The notes beneath the pieces are model-generated. The model was not told where the DNA came from, ran no database searches, and saw only the letters and a list, made by a program, of their open reading frames with translations. A DNA stretch of 48,604 nt from Eubacteriales bacterium (GTDB lineage: Bacteria; Bacillota; Clostridia; Oscillospirales; CAG-272), in assembly GCA_045637265.1 (NCBI GenBank), contig JAZTZC010000437.1, positions 1 through 48,604 on the forward strand. Reading direction: 5' to 3'. Positions 27,995 to 38,222 of this stretch are shown piece after piece; the stretch's first letter is position 1; each line of letters begins with the position of its first letter. The translations under genes and the position numbers were made by a program.

Positions 27995-29467
27995 TTATCT
28001 CTTTCTTCTTCTGTTCCAGATGACAAGACCGAGAACGACCGTGCCGACAGGCAGGAGAAGAATCAGAACAGCCCCCCAGAATGCTGCTGCTGCCGAGGAA
28101 ACCGCCAGCGACTGAATCTGCATTGCCTTGCCGAGAATGGAGATCGAAGAAGACTTTTCGCACAGCATGGTCAGCGCGGACATGAACAGCTCACCGTTGT
28201 AGGAATAGAACTCATCTGAAATGAAGAACGAAGAGGAAACCCACAGAAGCTTACCGCCCGTGGTGGTATCTTCCGCACTTGCCGCGACAAAGAAGGTACC
28301 TGCGGCGTCGCCGTCCTGCTTTTCGTATGCCTTTTCCGGTGTTTCGGAATCGATAAATTCATTGATGCGCGCTTCCAGATCAGCGATGACAAACGCATCG
28401 GCAGAAGTAGTCAGAACGCCTTCGACAAACTTATCGGTTTCAGCAACCTTAGAAATACCGTGCGCAAACGGCAGAATCGTCGTGATGTTCGTGGAGTTCA
28501 GATTCATCGCAACGTCGGACTCTGCATTGACATTGGGCAGCAGATAGAAGGGATACTGCATAAAGTTGTTTGCATTGCCTTCCATCAGAAGACCGGACTG
28601 CGCCTGCAGACCCCATGCCTTTGCAACAGCGGCAAGGTTGGGCATCTTGGCATCAGAGAAGGATTCGTAGTCGGTGACAAGAATCATTTTACCGCCGAGA
28701 TCAAGATATGTCAGAAGCACGTCGCGCTCCGTCTCGGAAATATCCGTGGTCGGTGCATTGATCATGACAGCACCTGCATCTGCGGGAATTTCGGTAACAG
28801 TCAGCAGTGCCAGCTCCTCGGTCAGGATGTTTTCTGCCTTTGCATCGGCAAGCACCGTTTCGGAAATATTTGCCTCACCGTGACCGGTGACGATATACAA
28901 AACGGGCAGGTCTTCTGCCGTGACATAGTCAATCGCCGTTGTCAGCGCGCCTTCCCCGTTGAAATAGGTCGTACCGGAAGGCTCCATACCGGTCATATAG
29001 TAATTGTAAATATCTTCTTCGGTATACTGCTTGGTGTAGATTTCCTCATTGGTAACAACAGAGGAACGCTTTGCGCTTTCGACGATAACGGAGTTGTTGG
29101 ACAGATCGTCGGTATACTTTTCGGAAAAGCCGGGATTGGAGGTCGGGTCGATCTTACGAACCTTAATGCGGTTGGAATAGGAGGAATAACGGTTCAGCAT
29201 TTCCTCAATGTTAATGTCCTCCGTGCCGTTCTGTGCAATATAGTACATCGTCACATCTTCCGTCAGACCCTCCACAATATCAATCGTAGAATTGGTCAGC
29301 GTATACAGCTTCAGCGAGCTGGTATCGAATTTGGTTACGGTGGTAGGAAGCTCGCCTATCATCAGATTCACGACAATGACAAATGCGATGACAACGAGCG
29401 TCAGAAACGCGCTGTACGCACCCATTTTTGTCGTCTTGAGGTTATTCTGCTTGGTATTGTTGCTCAT
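27995..29467 (-). CDS. GldG-like ABC transporter auxiliary component
   Basis: N- and C-terminal TM; D.S..KLYTL, IDP..NP, GHGE, AP..DIS..E motifs. Confidence 0.8.
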   Translation of the reverse strand: MSNNTKQNNLKTTKMGAYSAFLTLVVIAFVIVVNLMIGELPTTVTKFDTSSLKLYTLTNSTIDIVEGLTEDVTMYYIAQNGTEDINIEEMLNRYSSYSNRIKVRKIDPTSNPGFSEKYTDDLSNNSVIVESAKRSSVVTNEEIYTKQYTEEDIYNYYMTGMEPSGTTYFNGEGALTTAIDYVTAEDLPVLYIVTGHGEANISETVLADAKAENILTEELALLTVTEIPADAGAVMINAPTTDISETERDVLLTYLDLGGKMILVTDYESFSDAKMPNLAAVAKAWGLQAQSGLLMEGNANNFMQYPFYLLPNVNAESDVAMNLNSTNITTILPFAHGISKVAETDKFVEGVLTTSADAFVIADLEARINEFIDSETPEKAYEKQDGDAAGTFFVAASAEDTTTGGKLLWVSSSFFISDEFYSYNGELFMSALTMLCEKSSSISILGKAMQIQSLAVSSAAAAFWGAVLILLLPVGTVVLGLVIWNRRRKR

Positions 29468-29500
29468 AATGGTTTGAGTACCGTCCTTTCTGTATGCATA

Positions 29501-30364
29501 TCAGGACCAACGGCGCTTCTCGACCGACTGTACCGTACCGAAGACGAACAGGATGATCAGGGAAACGTAGTAAACAACGCTCGTGAGGTCAAACAGACCT
29601 GTGGTGAACGTCGAGAAACGGTCAAAGACAGACAGCCAGTTGAGGACATTGGCAAACAAGCCGTCAAAAATGGAGGAGTTGATGAAATAGATACCGGCAA
29701 GGATGAATGCACCTGCTGCTGCTGTAATGCCCGCAACGGTGGAGTTCTTGGTCAGCGAGTAAACAACGCCGGCAAAGATCAGCACAACAACGGCAAAGGC
29801 AACCAGAGATGCCATCGCACCTGCGGGAATCAGAGACGCAATTGCGCTCATCAGATACATGGCAAAGATGACACCGAAGGAGGTAACCGCCGCAATGACC
29901 TGGCTTTCGGTCAAGGAGCTCATGAACATACCGACCGCGATCAGCGCACCGCCGAGCAGCGTAAAGCCGAGCAGCGCACCGTAAGCAGTACCGAGATATA
30001 CCGTACCGAAAATGGACAGAATCAGCGGATACAGTCCGATGATGCCGACGGGAATCAGAAATACGGTAAACATGGCAAGGTACTTTGCCAGCACGATCTG
30101 CGTAACACTGACAGGCAGGGAGTACAGAAGCTGGTCCGTCTTGGAGTGACGTTCTTCCGCGACCGAGCGCATCGTCAGAATCGGGATAATCAGAAGGAAT
30201 ACGATCGTGATATTGGACAGGACATTTTCAAAAGACGGGTAGGTGGAGATCAGGTTGATCAGCGTGGTGAAGATACCGGTAACCGCCAACATAAAGCCGA
30301 TGAAGATGTAGCCTGTCATGTTGATAAAGTAGTTTTTCAGTTCTTTTTTATAAATTGCAAACAT
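29501..30364 (-). CDS. ABC-2 type permease (GldF-like)
   Basis: MFAIYKKELKNYF, PILTMRS.AEER..KTDQLL, SSLTESQVIAA. Confidence 0.9.
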   Translation of the reverse strand: MFAIYKKELKNYFINMTGYIFIGFMLAVTGIFTTLINLISTYPSFENVLSNITIVFLLIIPILTMRSVAEERHSKTDQLLYSLPVSVTQIVLAKYLAMFTVFLIPVGIIGLYPLILSIFGTVYLGTAYGALLGFTLLGGALIAVGMFMSSLTESQVIAAVTSFGVIFAMYLMSAIASLIPAGAMASLVAFAVVVLIFAGVVYSLTKNSTVAGITAAAGAFILAGIYFINSSIFDGLFANVLNWLSVFDRFSTFTTGLFDLTSVVYYVSLIILFVFGTVQSVEKRRWS

Positions 30365-30387
30365 GAGTATCGCTCACATCCTTTCCG

Positions 30388-31512
30388 TCAAGAAAACATC
30401 GGCTTGTATTCGCCGTCGCTCTCGTCGTCATCATCGTCATCGTCGCTGTCATCGTCATCACGGTCAGTATCATCTTCATCGTCGTCATCGTCGTCGATTT
30501 TGTCAGCCGCGAATGCATTTTCACGCGCTTCGATTTCCGCTTCTTCCTGGGCGATGGCATATTCTTCGTCGTCCTCGGTGGTCAGCTTTAAGAAGACATC
30601 TTCCAGACCAATGGCTTCCGTGACCATCTTCAGGATGACGCAATGCTCCTCAACAAAGGTATTGAACGCAAGCTCACGCAGGTCGGCGGTACGGTCGGTT
30701 TCGATATCGACGTTGTAAACGCCCTCTGCTTCCTCGTGGTTTTCTTCGTATGCAATGGTCTTTGCATGATTTGCAAGGGTGTTGATCGCCATACGGATGC
30801 GGTTGATGTCGCCCTTGACGGTCATATGGAGAATGTTGGAGCCAACCAGGTACGTCGACAGATTTTCAATCGTATCAGACGCAATCAGTCTGCCATGCGC
30901 AATGATCATGACATAGTTACAGACTGCCGCAACTTCGGTCAGAATATGGCTGGACAGAATGACCGTATGATCCTCCGCAAGCGAACGGATCAGATCACGG
31001 ATTTCGATGATCTGAATCGGGTCAAGACCGACCGTCGGTTCGTCGAGGATGATGATTTCGGGTTCACCGAGCATTGCCTGTGCGATACCGACACGCTGCT
31101 TATAACCCTTTGACAGATTCTTGATCAGACGGTTCTGTACGCCTGTGATCTGGGTCTTTTCCATCGCGTAATTGATCTGATATTCGCGGTCAGCACGGTC
31201 AATGCCCTTTGCCTGTGCGACGAACGTCAGATATTCGTGCGGTGTCATGTCCATGTACAAGGGCGGAAGTTCGGGCAGATAGCCGATGCACTTCTTTGCT
31301 TCCACAGGTTCTTCAAAAATATCATGACCGTTGATGATAACCGTACCGGAGGTAGCGGCGAGACAGCCGGTGATGATATTCATCGTCGTGGATTTACCCG
31401 CGCCGTTCGGGCCGAGGAATCCGTAGATTTTTCCTTTTTCAACGGTGAAGCTCAGGTCATTGACCGCAAGATTGTCGCCATACCGTTTTGTCAGATTTTT
31501 TACTTCAATCAA
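30388..31512 (-). CDS. ABC transporter ATP-binding protein with poly-acidic C-terminal tail (TTG start)
   Basis: GPNGAGKST, LSKGYKQRVGIAQA, ILDEPT; GGAGG RBS before TTG at 31512. Confidence 0.92.
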   Translation of the reverse strand: MIEVKNLTKRYGDNLAVNDLSFTVEKGKIYGFLGPNGAGKSTTMNIITGCLAATSGTVIINGHDIFEEPVEAKKCIGYLPELPPLYMDMTPHEYLTFVAQAKGIDRADREYQINYAMEKTQITGVQNRLIKNLSKGYKQRVGIAQAMLGEPEIIILDEPTVGLDPIQIIEIRDLIRSLAEDHTVILSSHILTEVAAVCNYVMIIAHGRLIASDTIENLSTYLVGSNILHMTVKGDINRIRMAINTLANHAKTIAYEENHEEAEGVYNVDIETDRTADLRELAFNTFVEEHCVILKMVTEAIGLEDVFLKLTTEDDEEYAIAQEEAEIEARENAFAADKIDDDDDDEDDTDRDDDDSDDDDDDDESDGEYKPMFS

Positions 31513-31756
31513 GGTATTGTCCTCCCATTGAGCCGATACCGATTCCAAGGGAATCCGATACCGTACCCGATTTTTGCTTTGTCGGCAAAACCGAGGTCTC
31601 GGATCATATCCGACAGAAACAGTTTTGCCATTTTATATAGTATACCGCAGCATTGTGACAGTTTTGTGACGGTAATCCTTTGTAAACTGAAAATTACGCA
31701 AAAAGCGGCGTTTTCTGCAAGGTTTTCCGCATCACACGCATTTTTGAGAAAAGGAA

Positions 31757-31785
31757 TTGACAACATGCCTTCTTTGTGATATAAT
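31757..31785 (+). promoter_or_regulatory. Consensus sigma-A promoter of the tRNA
   Basis: TTGACA-17 bp-TATAAT with extended TG. Confidence 0.9.
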
Positions 31786-31797
31786 ATTGATATATGC

Positions 31798-31874
31798 GGG
31801 TCATTAGCTCAGTTGGTCAGAGCTACCGGCTCATAACCGGTTGGTCCTGGGTTCAAGTCCCCGATGACCCACCA
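31798..31874 (+). tRNA. tRNA with CAT anticodon, most likely tRNA-Ile2 (lysidine type) rather than Met
   Basis: GGGTCAT/ATGACCC acceptor stem, ACCGG-CTCATAA-CCGGT anticodon arm, GTTCAAGTC T-loop, encoded CCA; GGCTCATAACC context resembles Firmicutes Ile2. Confidence 0.93.
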
Positions 31875-31876
31875 TA

Positions 31877-31910
31877 AAAAAAGCCGACTCAACTGAGTCG
31901 GTCTTTTTTT
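31877..31910 (+). terminator. Intrinsic terminator after the tRNA
   Basis: GCCGACTC-AACT-GAGTCGGT followed by T-run. Confidence 0.85.
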
Positions 31911-31965
31911 ATGAAGCAAAACCCAAACGCCGTAACACCGCTTGATTTGAAGTTTTTGGAGGAGC

Positions 31966-33159
31966 ATGATGAAACAAACGCAGCATCCCGAACGTCATAT
32001 GGCACGCCGCTATGATTGTGTTACAAGATCAAAGGAATTTCAGCAGACGGTACATTCCGGCTATGTTGAAGACCCGGCTCCTGTGTATAACAAAATGAAA
32101 GAGCTGGAAAGAGCGTATTCCCCGCCGGAACCGGAATACAATGTGTACTACGGTGAACTTCACGGTCACACCAACCTGTCGGACGGCGGACCTACCATCG
32201 ATGAATATTTTACCTCCTGCCGCGACCGAGCAAAGCTTGATTTTGCCGCAGTCGCAGACCATACACACGGCGGTGTCGGAAAAGACACCATTCATGGAAA
32301 AAAGTGGGAAATCATCAAGGATGCCGTAAAAAGGTATTATGAACCGCACAAGTTTACCACTGTGCTTGCCTATGAAGAAGAGGCAGACCCGTGGTACAGC
32401 AACTGCGTCATCTACTATGATAATCACGATGCCGATATGCTTGCCGTTGAGAATTGCGGCTGGATGAACAGAGAAGAACTGCACAGATATCTTGCCAGAG
32501 AGGATGTGCTCATCGTTCCTCACGATACAAACAACCTCGCGCCCGGTACCGACTTTATGGCGCTCGCACTTGAGGACATGCCGCCGCTCATCCAGGTTCA
32601 TTCCAGATATAATTTCTGCGAAAAGACCAACGAGCCTGCCTTCTACTGCAATTCCGACTGTGAGGGCGGACACTGGCAGGATGCACTGAACCAAGGCGCC
32701 AAGATGGGATGCATCGCATGCTCCGATGACCACGACAACAATATGGGGTTGGTGATCGAAAAACTGCCTTATCCGTGGCGTCATCCCGGTCTTACAGGTG
32801 TATGGGCAAAGGAAAATACGCTTCCCGCAATCTTTGAAGCGCTCAAAGCACGCCGCTGTTACGGTTTTATGGGTGGAAGAATCCGTCTCGACTTCCGCGT
32901 GAACGGTCACTACATGGGCGAAGAAATCAAGGTGGATGGCGACAGAGTCCTTTATTACAACATACAGGCAGACGCTCCCGTTGATACGGTAACAATCGTT
33001 AAAAACGGCAGAGACTATATTATGATGAAATCAAGACCCGAGCAGGTGATCTTCGATTACCGTCAGGAAAAGGAAACCGATTATTATTACATTCGTGTGC
33101 GTTTGAATGACGGAAGACTTGCCTGGAGCAGTCCTGTCTGGGTATCCGCGCAAAACTGA
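31966..33159 (+). CDS. PHP-fold metallohydrolase (DUF3604 / CehA-McbA-like)
   Basis: YGELHGHTNLSDG, DFAAVADH, SDDH, GLTGVWA, ALKARRCYG, AWSSPVWV. Confidence 0.75.
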   Translation: MMKQTQHPERHMARRYDCVTRSKEFQQTVHSGYVEDPAPVYNKMKELERAYSPPEPEYNVYYGELHGHTNLSDGGPTIDEYFTSCRDRAKLDFAAVADHTHGGVGKDTIHGKKWEIIKDAVKRYYEPHKFTTVLAYEEEADPWYSNCVIYYDNHDADMLAVENCGWMNREELHRYLAREDVLIVPHDTNNLAPGTDFMALALEDMPPLIQVHSRYNFCEKTNEPAFYCNSDCEGGHWQDALNQGAKMGCIACSDDHDNNMGLVIEKLPYPWRHPGLTGVWAKENTLPAIFEALKARRCYGFMGGRIRLDFRVNGHYMGEEIKVDGDRVLYYNIQADAPVDTVTIVKNGRDYIMMKSRPEQVIFDYRQEKETDYYYIRVRLNDGRLAWSSPVWVSAQN

Positions 33160-33282
33160 CCACAACCGAATATACAGCAGAGCCGACACGGAACTTACTC
33201 CGCATCGGCTCTGTTTCTGTCTTTTCATCCGATAATCAAAGCGTCTTTTGGCAGACCCGATTATCAGTATTTCTTTGCCCGG

Positions 33283-34551
33283 TTATGCATCCAGCTTCAC
33301 GCCGCGCATTTTCAGATGATCACGGATAGCATTGACATTGAGTTCTCTGGTCGACACAATGCCGTCTTTGGTCATGATCGCCGCCGCAGCGCCCACCGCC
33401 TGTCCCATCGCAAAGCAGATGTTCATGACGCGGTAGGATGCCATCGCTTCATGCGTTCCCGAGATACACCGTCCTGCGGTGATCAGGTTGTTCACACCGA
33501 TCGGTGTCATCGAACGGAACGGGATATCATGTGCACCCGCGATCGTCGGACGCTTGTCAACAAACTCCGACTGACCCGGTCCGTCTGGATTGTGAATATC
33601 CACACAGAATCCCGCATGATGCACGACCGCATCATCAAACAGCCGTCCCGCCGCGACATCTTCCACAGTGATCACATAGTCACCGAGAATGCGTCTGGTC
33701 TCACGCACACCGAGCGTGGTCGACGAGCCCTTGACACGGATATTGGCAAAGCCGGGAATGTTGTTTTTCAGAAAATCCACAATCTTTGCGGTCTGACGGC
33801 GCAGAGAGACCTCTGCACGGAACAGATCAGCAGGATCGAGCGGATTGATGTAGTTTTCCTGTGAAGCATTGACCATACGTTCATCAGGATATGCCGTTTT
33901 GTAAAGACGCACGATATTGACGTTCTTCGGCAGCTCACCCGAAGCACAAGCCTTGTGGCAGAGATCGAGATATTCCCGTCCATCGCCGAGATCGGTGTGA
34001 TGCTCCTCGTGTTCGCACAGCAGCGGCTGATGTTCGTCAACGCCCTGAATGATGAACATGAACGACACCGGCTGACAGAGCTTATCGCTGTCACGTCCCA
34101 TGTCATACGGACAACCGGCGAGATACGCGACATCCCCGTCGCCCGTCGCATCGATAAAAACCTTTGCGGCAAAGCGGATCGCGCCGCACTTGCCGTCGGC
34201 TGTCACGGAACAAATCATATCCCCGTCACACTCGACTGCGATAACCGCTTCCTGCAGATAGACATCGACACCGGCGTCGGCAACCATCTCCGTCAGCGCC
34301 GTCTTTGCCCATTCAAAATCGGGAACAGCGTGGGGCACGGGACAGACCAGACGTGCAATTTCCTCAGACATCGTTCCGGCACACGTACCGCCGAGCAGAG
34401 GACCGACATAGCCTTGCGTCAGATTGCCGCCGACACAGCCGTACCGCTCAATCAGAGCAGTGTTCGCACCCGACCGTGCCGCCTCTACCGCCGCACAGAT
34501 TCCGGCAGGACCTGCACCGACAACAACCACATCATAAGTTCTTTCCAGCAT
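33283..34551 (-). CDS. FAD-dependent oxidoreductase
   Basis: DVVVVGAGPAG, FIDATGDGD, GVRETRRI, IPFRSM, AGRCIS, RVM..C..MGQAVG. Confidence 0.9.
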   Translation of the reverse strand: MLERTYDVVVVGAGPAGICAAVEAARSGANTALIERYGCVGGNLTQGYVGPLLGGTCAGTMSEEIARLVCPVPHAVPDFEWAKTALTEMVADAGVDVYLQEAVIAVECDGDMICSVTADGKCGAIRFAAKVFIDATGDGDVAYLAGCPYDMGRDSDKLCQPVSFMFIIQGVDEHQPLLCEHEEHHTDLGDGREYLDLCHKACASGELPKNVNIVRLYKTAYPDERMVNASQENYINPLDPADLFRAEVSLRRQTAKIVDFLKNNIPGFANIRVKGSSTTLGVRETRRILGDYVITVEDVAAGRLFDDAVVHHAGFCVDIHNPDGPGQSEFVDKRPTIAGAHDIPFRSMTPIGVNNLITAGRCISGTHEAMASYRVMNICFAMGQAVGAAAAIMTKDGIVSTRELNVNAIRDHLKMRGVKLDA

Positions 34552-34562
34552 TGCTCTTCTCC

Positions 34563-36551
34563 TTATTTATCAAGCGCATTCAGATCAACGGTATAGGCAT
34601 TTCCTTCAAACACAACCTGCACCATTCCATCATCGGAAACGATGACCTCGGGCATCACATCCCCTGCACGCATCGGGAACAGCAATGTCGTGAATTGACA
34701 GTCTTTCACGCCGTTTGCACAGCGCGACACCGTTGTCGCCGGATGCAGATTCTGATCATTACGTCCGTTGTACCAGCCGCGCATCCGGGGTTCTTTCTGT
34801 GCAGAAACGATCTGCGTTTCCACGGCAGTGCCCGCATCGTCCAGCGCAACCATCAGAAGATCGTATTTGCGGCCGAAATCCGTGATGACCGCATCGGGAT
34901 AGGCATCCGTACGACGGACTTGTGTGGTATCCATATGGAACAGCAGCTCATAATCATGTGCTTCACCGTCCGTTGATGTCAGCGTATCACGAACCACGAA
35001 GAATCCGGGTTTGCAGAACCGCACCTGACGCTTATGTGATGCGGGCTTTGTCTGACCGAACGCATCGTCATACACACCCTGCGCATAATCAAATTCGTCA
35101 CAGCTGACAAAATGTGCGTCATAGGGTTCGAAATACTGATACGGTGCGGTACGGCTCTGCGGGAGTCCATCAACCGATACCGTATTATGCGCAAACGAGG
35201 ACAATGCATAACCGCGTGCCTCGGAGACTTCATACTGTCCGCCGCCATCATCGTAAAGCAGCTCTTCGTCTCCGCGCCACAGGTTGATATTCAGCATATC
35301 CTGATGGATGTGTGCCTCCCCAAGCGGTCCAACATCGATGCACAGATAGGTCGCATCCGCATCCCATCCGGAACGCATCACCGCGAAACCTGCATACGGC
35401 AGATAACGGGAAGCCTGATCGCCGACAGGAGCCATACCCTCGGTGCGGTCCGAGTTGAAGAAACGGTATATGGGTGTATCACCGAGAACCACTGCAGCTC
35501 CCTGCGTAAATCGTTTCAGATCGATGGTATAACAGTCGTTGGTACGCGGCTGGGTCATCGCCGGCGTGGACAGCGCAATAGACGCATCGACGGTTGAGCG
35601 GATAACATCTCCGAAGGCTTCGGGAATTTCATCCGCATATCCGAGCGCATGTGCCAGACTGTAAAAATCTGCGGCACAACCGAAAACAACACACTGATAG
35701 TCGGGCGACAGCTCATTGTGCATACCGTCGGGCAAAATCTGGGAACAGGTCTCCCGAAGAAGCCAATCGGCGGCAGTACGGCGATGTTCGGCGGAATCAG
35801 ACAGTTCATCGAACAGTGCAGAGAATGTGTAAACCCCGTTGGCTTCCATCATCAGCCAGTTTTTCTGCGTCGGATGCGCAATCAGATGACAAGCCTGACG
35901 GTGCATGGAGGCGATCATCAGAAGCAGGGACACATCGTCCAGTCCCTCGGAATGACGGAAACCGTCAAAAGCGACATGCCACACGCCAAGCAGACGGATA
36001 CCGCACTCAATGGTACGCCATGCACTGCCGGGCGCATTCCAGTGCTCCGGAACATCGGTCTGCGCAATCCAGGCAAGCAGCTGTCGGCGGAACGCATTTG
36101 CATACTTTTCGTTTTTGGTTGCGGTATAGGTCAGGGCAAGCGTCTTCCACCAGCCGTGACGGTTCAGCTGCCACAGCCACTCGTGGTTGCGCGGTCCTTC
36201 CAATGCAGTCGGGTCAAACAAAAAGTCAATTTCTCCGTTTTCAAAATGCCATTCACGGTTGACGACACACATATAACCATCTACCGCACGGTCAGCAGCA
36301 TCCAGATACGGTTCGCCGATTGCCGCCAGATACCCCAAAGGAGCCGTCTCTCTCTGACGGTAATACTGTGCCAGATGGCGGATTGCCGCCTCCATATCTC
36401 CGTCAGCAATTGCCTGCCGGTACGCATCGCCAATGCGGTCGGCATCGATGACATCAAACAGTTCGCTTAAATGAGCGGCGTATTTTTCACGAACGCCCTT
36501 GTCCGCACTGTACGCAGAAACAAGCTGATACAGTTGTTCTTCTCTTGTCAT
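34563..36551 (-). CDS. Heparinase II/III-family polysaccharide lyase-like protein
   Basis: EWLWQLNRH, WRTIECGIR, NWLMME, QILPDG.H.ELSP.Y, VMRSGW, H.HQD, AHNTV.VDG. Confidence 0.85.
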   Translation of the reverse strand: MTREEQLYQLVSAYSADKGVREKYAAHLSELFDVIDADRIGDAYRQAIADGDMEAAIRHLAQYYRQRETAPLGYLAAIGEPYLDAADRAVDGYMCVVNREWHFENGEIDFLFDPTALEGPRNHEWLWQLNRHGWWKTLALTYTATKNEKYANAFRRQLLAWIAQTDVPEHWNAPGSAWRTIECGIRLLGVWHVAFDGFRHSEGLDDVSLLLMIASMHRQACHLIAHPTQKNWLMMEANGVYTFSALFDELSDSAEHRRTAADWLLRETCSQILPDGMHNELSPDYQCVVFGCAADFYSLAHALGYADEIPEAFGDVIRSTVDASIALSTPAMTQPRTNDCYTIDLKRFTQGAAVVLGDTPIYRFFNSDRTEGMAPVGDQASRYLPYAGFAVMRSGWDADATYLCIDVGPLGEAHIHQDMLNINLWRGDEELLYDDGGGQYEVSEARGYALSSFAHNTVSVDGLPQSRTAPYQYFEPYDAHFVSCDEFDYAQGVYDDAFGQTKPASHKRQVRFCKPGFFVVRDTLTSTDGEAHDYELLFHMDTTQVRRTDAYPDAVITDFGRKYDLLMVALDDAGTAVETQIVSAQKEPRMRGWYNGRNDQNLHPATTVSRCANGVKDCQFTTLLFPMRAGDVMPEVIVSDDGMVQVVFEGNAYTVDLNALDK

Positions 36552-36566
36552 AATCCAAATCCTCTC

Positions 36567-38102
36567 TTATGTTTTGATATCAAATGAAATAAATTCCACG
36601 TCAAATGTGCCGTTGATACATCTGATACTGAATGTACCGTCATGTCCCGGAATATACGCTGTGATCTCACCGTCACCAACAGAATACGTGCCAAGCACTT
36701 CTCCGTCAAATGCAAGCACAGCTGTACCGCCCCCTGTTGCCTTGACGCGAATCACACCGACCATACCGTCCGAATAGAGATGATACGACGCTTCTCCGCC
36801 GACGGTAAAGCGCGTCACGGTCTTTTCCCATTCGTCTGTCGGATTGCCGTCTGCATCGATCCATGTCACGCCGTCATTCTGCGTTGCGGTATCACATGCG
36901 CGGATGACACATCCGGGACGGCGGAAAATCGATGCAATGACATTCGGTCGCCATGTACAGTTTTCAAATCGGATATTTTCAAGGTACTCGGAAAACGCCG
37001 CCTGCGCATCGGCATAGGACGGTCTGTCGCCGCCTGCGGTGTATGCGATCACCTTGTGCCAAAGCCCGGGCGTGTTGACTGAACACGGTGAGTTACCCGT
37101 TTCCAGCTTCTTCCACGGCCAGATGTTATAGCCGATGTCAAATTCTGCCGCCAGCGGATACATTGCGGCAAACCACGCAGGAAGATTCTCGCCCGTTTCA
37201 CCAAGATACAGCGGAACGCCGAGCACCTCGCGCTTTTCCAAAAATGCATCGTACATAAACTTGCGCGGCGGACACCAATAACGATGGAAATGGATGCACA
37301 TATTTTCGTCGTACACTTCATCAAAGAAATCAGCACGGCTCGCCCAATAGTCGCTTTCGATGGAGAACATGTGGCGGTCGTCGATTTTGCGCACCTCTGC
37401 CACACAGTCGCGGTAGAATGCTTTGAGCGATCCACGCAGCGCATCATGGTCAATCTTTGGTGTACCGTCCATCGGCGAGCGGCACGGTTCATTGAGCAGG
37501 TCATACATACCGACAATCCATCGGTCACGGTAGCGGCGCGCAAATTCACGCCAAAGAGCGAGTGTCTTTTCTCTGCTGTCGGATTCCGTGTCTGTCAGCA
37601 GGCGCGGCAGATCATCGATGCTGTCATCGATGTTGGAGCCGGTCTGACCGCCGGGCGCACCGTGGAGATCAAGGATGACATAGAGACGGTACTTCTCACA
37701 CCAATCGATGAAGCGGTCAAGCAGCGTAAATCCGTCCTCGCGGAAGATAACACCGGGTTCGTCCTCCATCACCGTACGCCATCCGATCGGAATACGCACG
37801 GAATTGAAGCCGACCTCAGCCATCGCGGCAATGTCCGCCTCCGTAATGTAATTTTCACGGAACTTGATCCAGAAATCCTCTGCAAAGCGCGTACCGCACA
37901 AGTCACGTACCAACTCCTCGATGCGACGCGGACTGTTGTAGCGCCCCTGAAACCGCCACATATAGCCCTCCGGCAGAAGCCAGTTTCCAAGCCCCATGCC
38001 GGTGAGAATGATTTCCTCGCCGCGTCCGTTGACAATTTTGCCGTTTTCCGCGCGCAGATAACCGTATACACGATCTCGCGACATTTTTTCGGTGACTGTC
38101 AT
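36567..38102 (-). CDS. Glycoside hydrolase family 5
   Basis: GFNSVRIP, ILDLHGAPGGQ, YDLLNEP, LGETGE; GGAGG RBS before MTVTEK. Confidence 0.88.
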   Translation of the reverse strand: MTVTEKMSRDRVYGYLRAENGKIVNGRGEEIILTGMGLGNWLLPEGYMWRFQGRYNSPRRIEELVRDLCGTRFAEDFWIKFRENYITEADIAAMAEVGFNSVRIPIGWRTVMEDEPGVIFREDGFTLLDRFIDWCEKYRLYVILDLHGAPGGQTGSNIDDSIDDLPRLLTDTESDSREKTLALWREFARRYRDRWIVGMYDLLNEPCRSPMDGTPKIDHDALRGSLKAFYRDCVAEVRKIDDRHMFSIESDYWASRADFFDEVYDENMCIHFHRYWCPPRKFMYDAFLEKREVLGVPLYLGETGENLPAWFAAMYPLAAEFDIGYNIWPWKKLETGNSPCSVNTPGLWHKVIAYTAGGDRPSYADAQAAFSEYLENIRFENCTWRPNVIASIFRRPGCVIRACDTATQNDGVTWIDADGNPTDEWEKTVTRFTVGGEASYHLYSDGMVGVIRVKATGGGTAVLAFDGEVLGTYSVGDGEITAYIPGHDGTFSIRCINGTFDVEFISFDIKT

Positions 38103-38222
38103 GATGAGAATCCTCCGATTTTCGTTTTCTTTTAGTATAGCACAGATTGTTTTATTGTGCAAGAGACATCGTCATTTTCATGCAAAAAAAGAAGCCCCGC
38201 ACACAGCGAGACTTCCTCTCTC

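Noticed and set aside
27105-30718. + strand ORFs 27105..28115 and 28460..30718 (poly-Ser end)
   Set aside because: Antisense to the ABC operon; the poly-Ser is the reverse reading of the Asp tract.
31798-33300. tRNA as an integration site for the downstream genes
   Set aside because: No duplicated tRNA 3' end or integrase seen, and a normal terminator follows directly.
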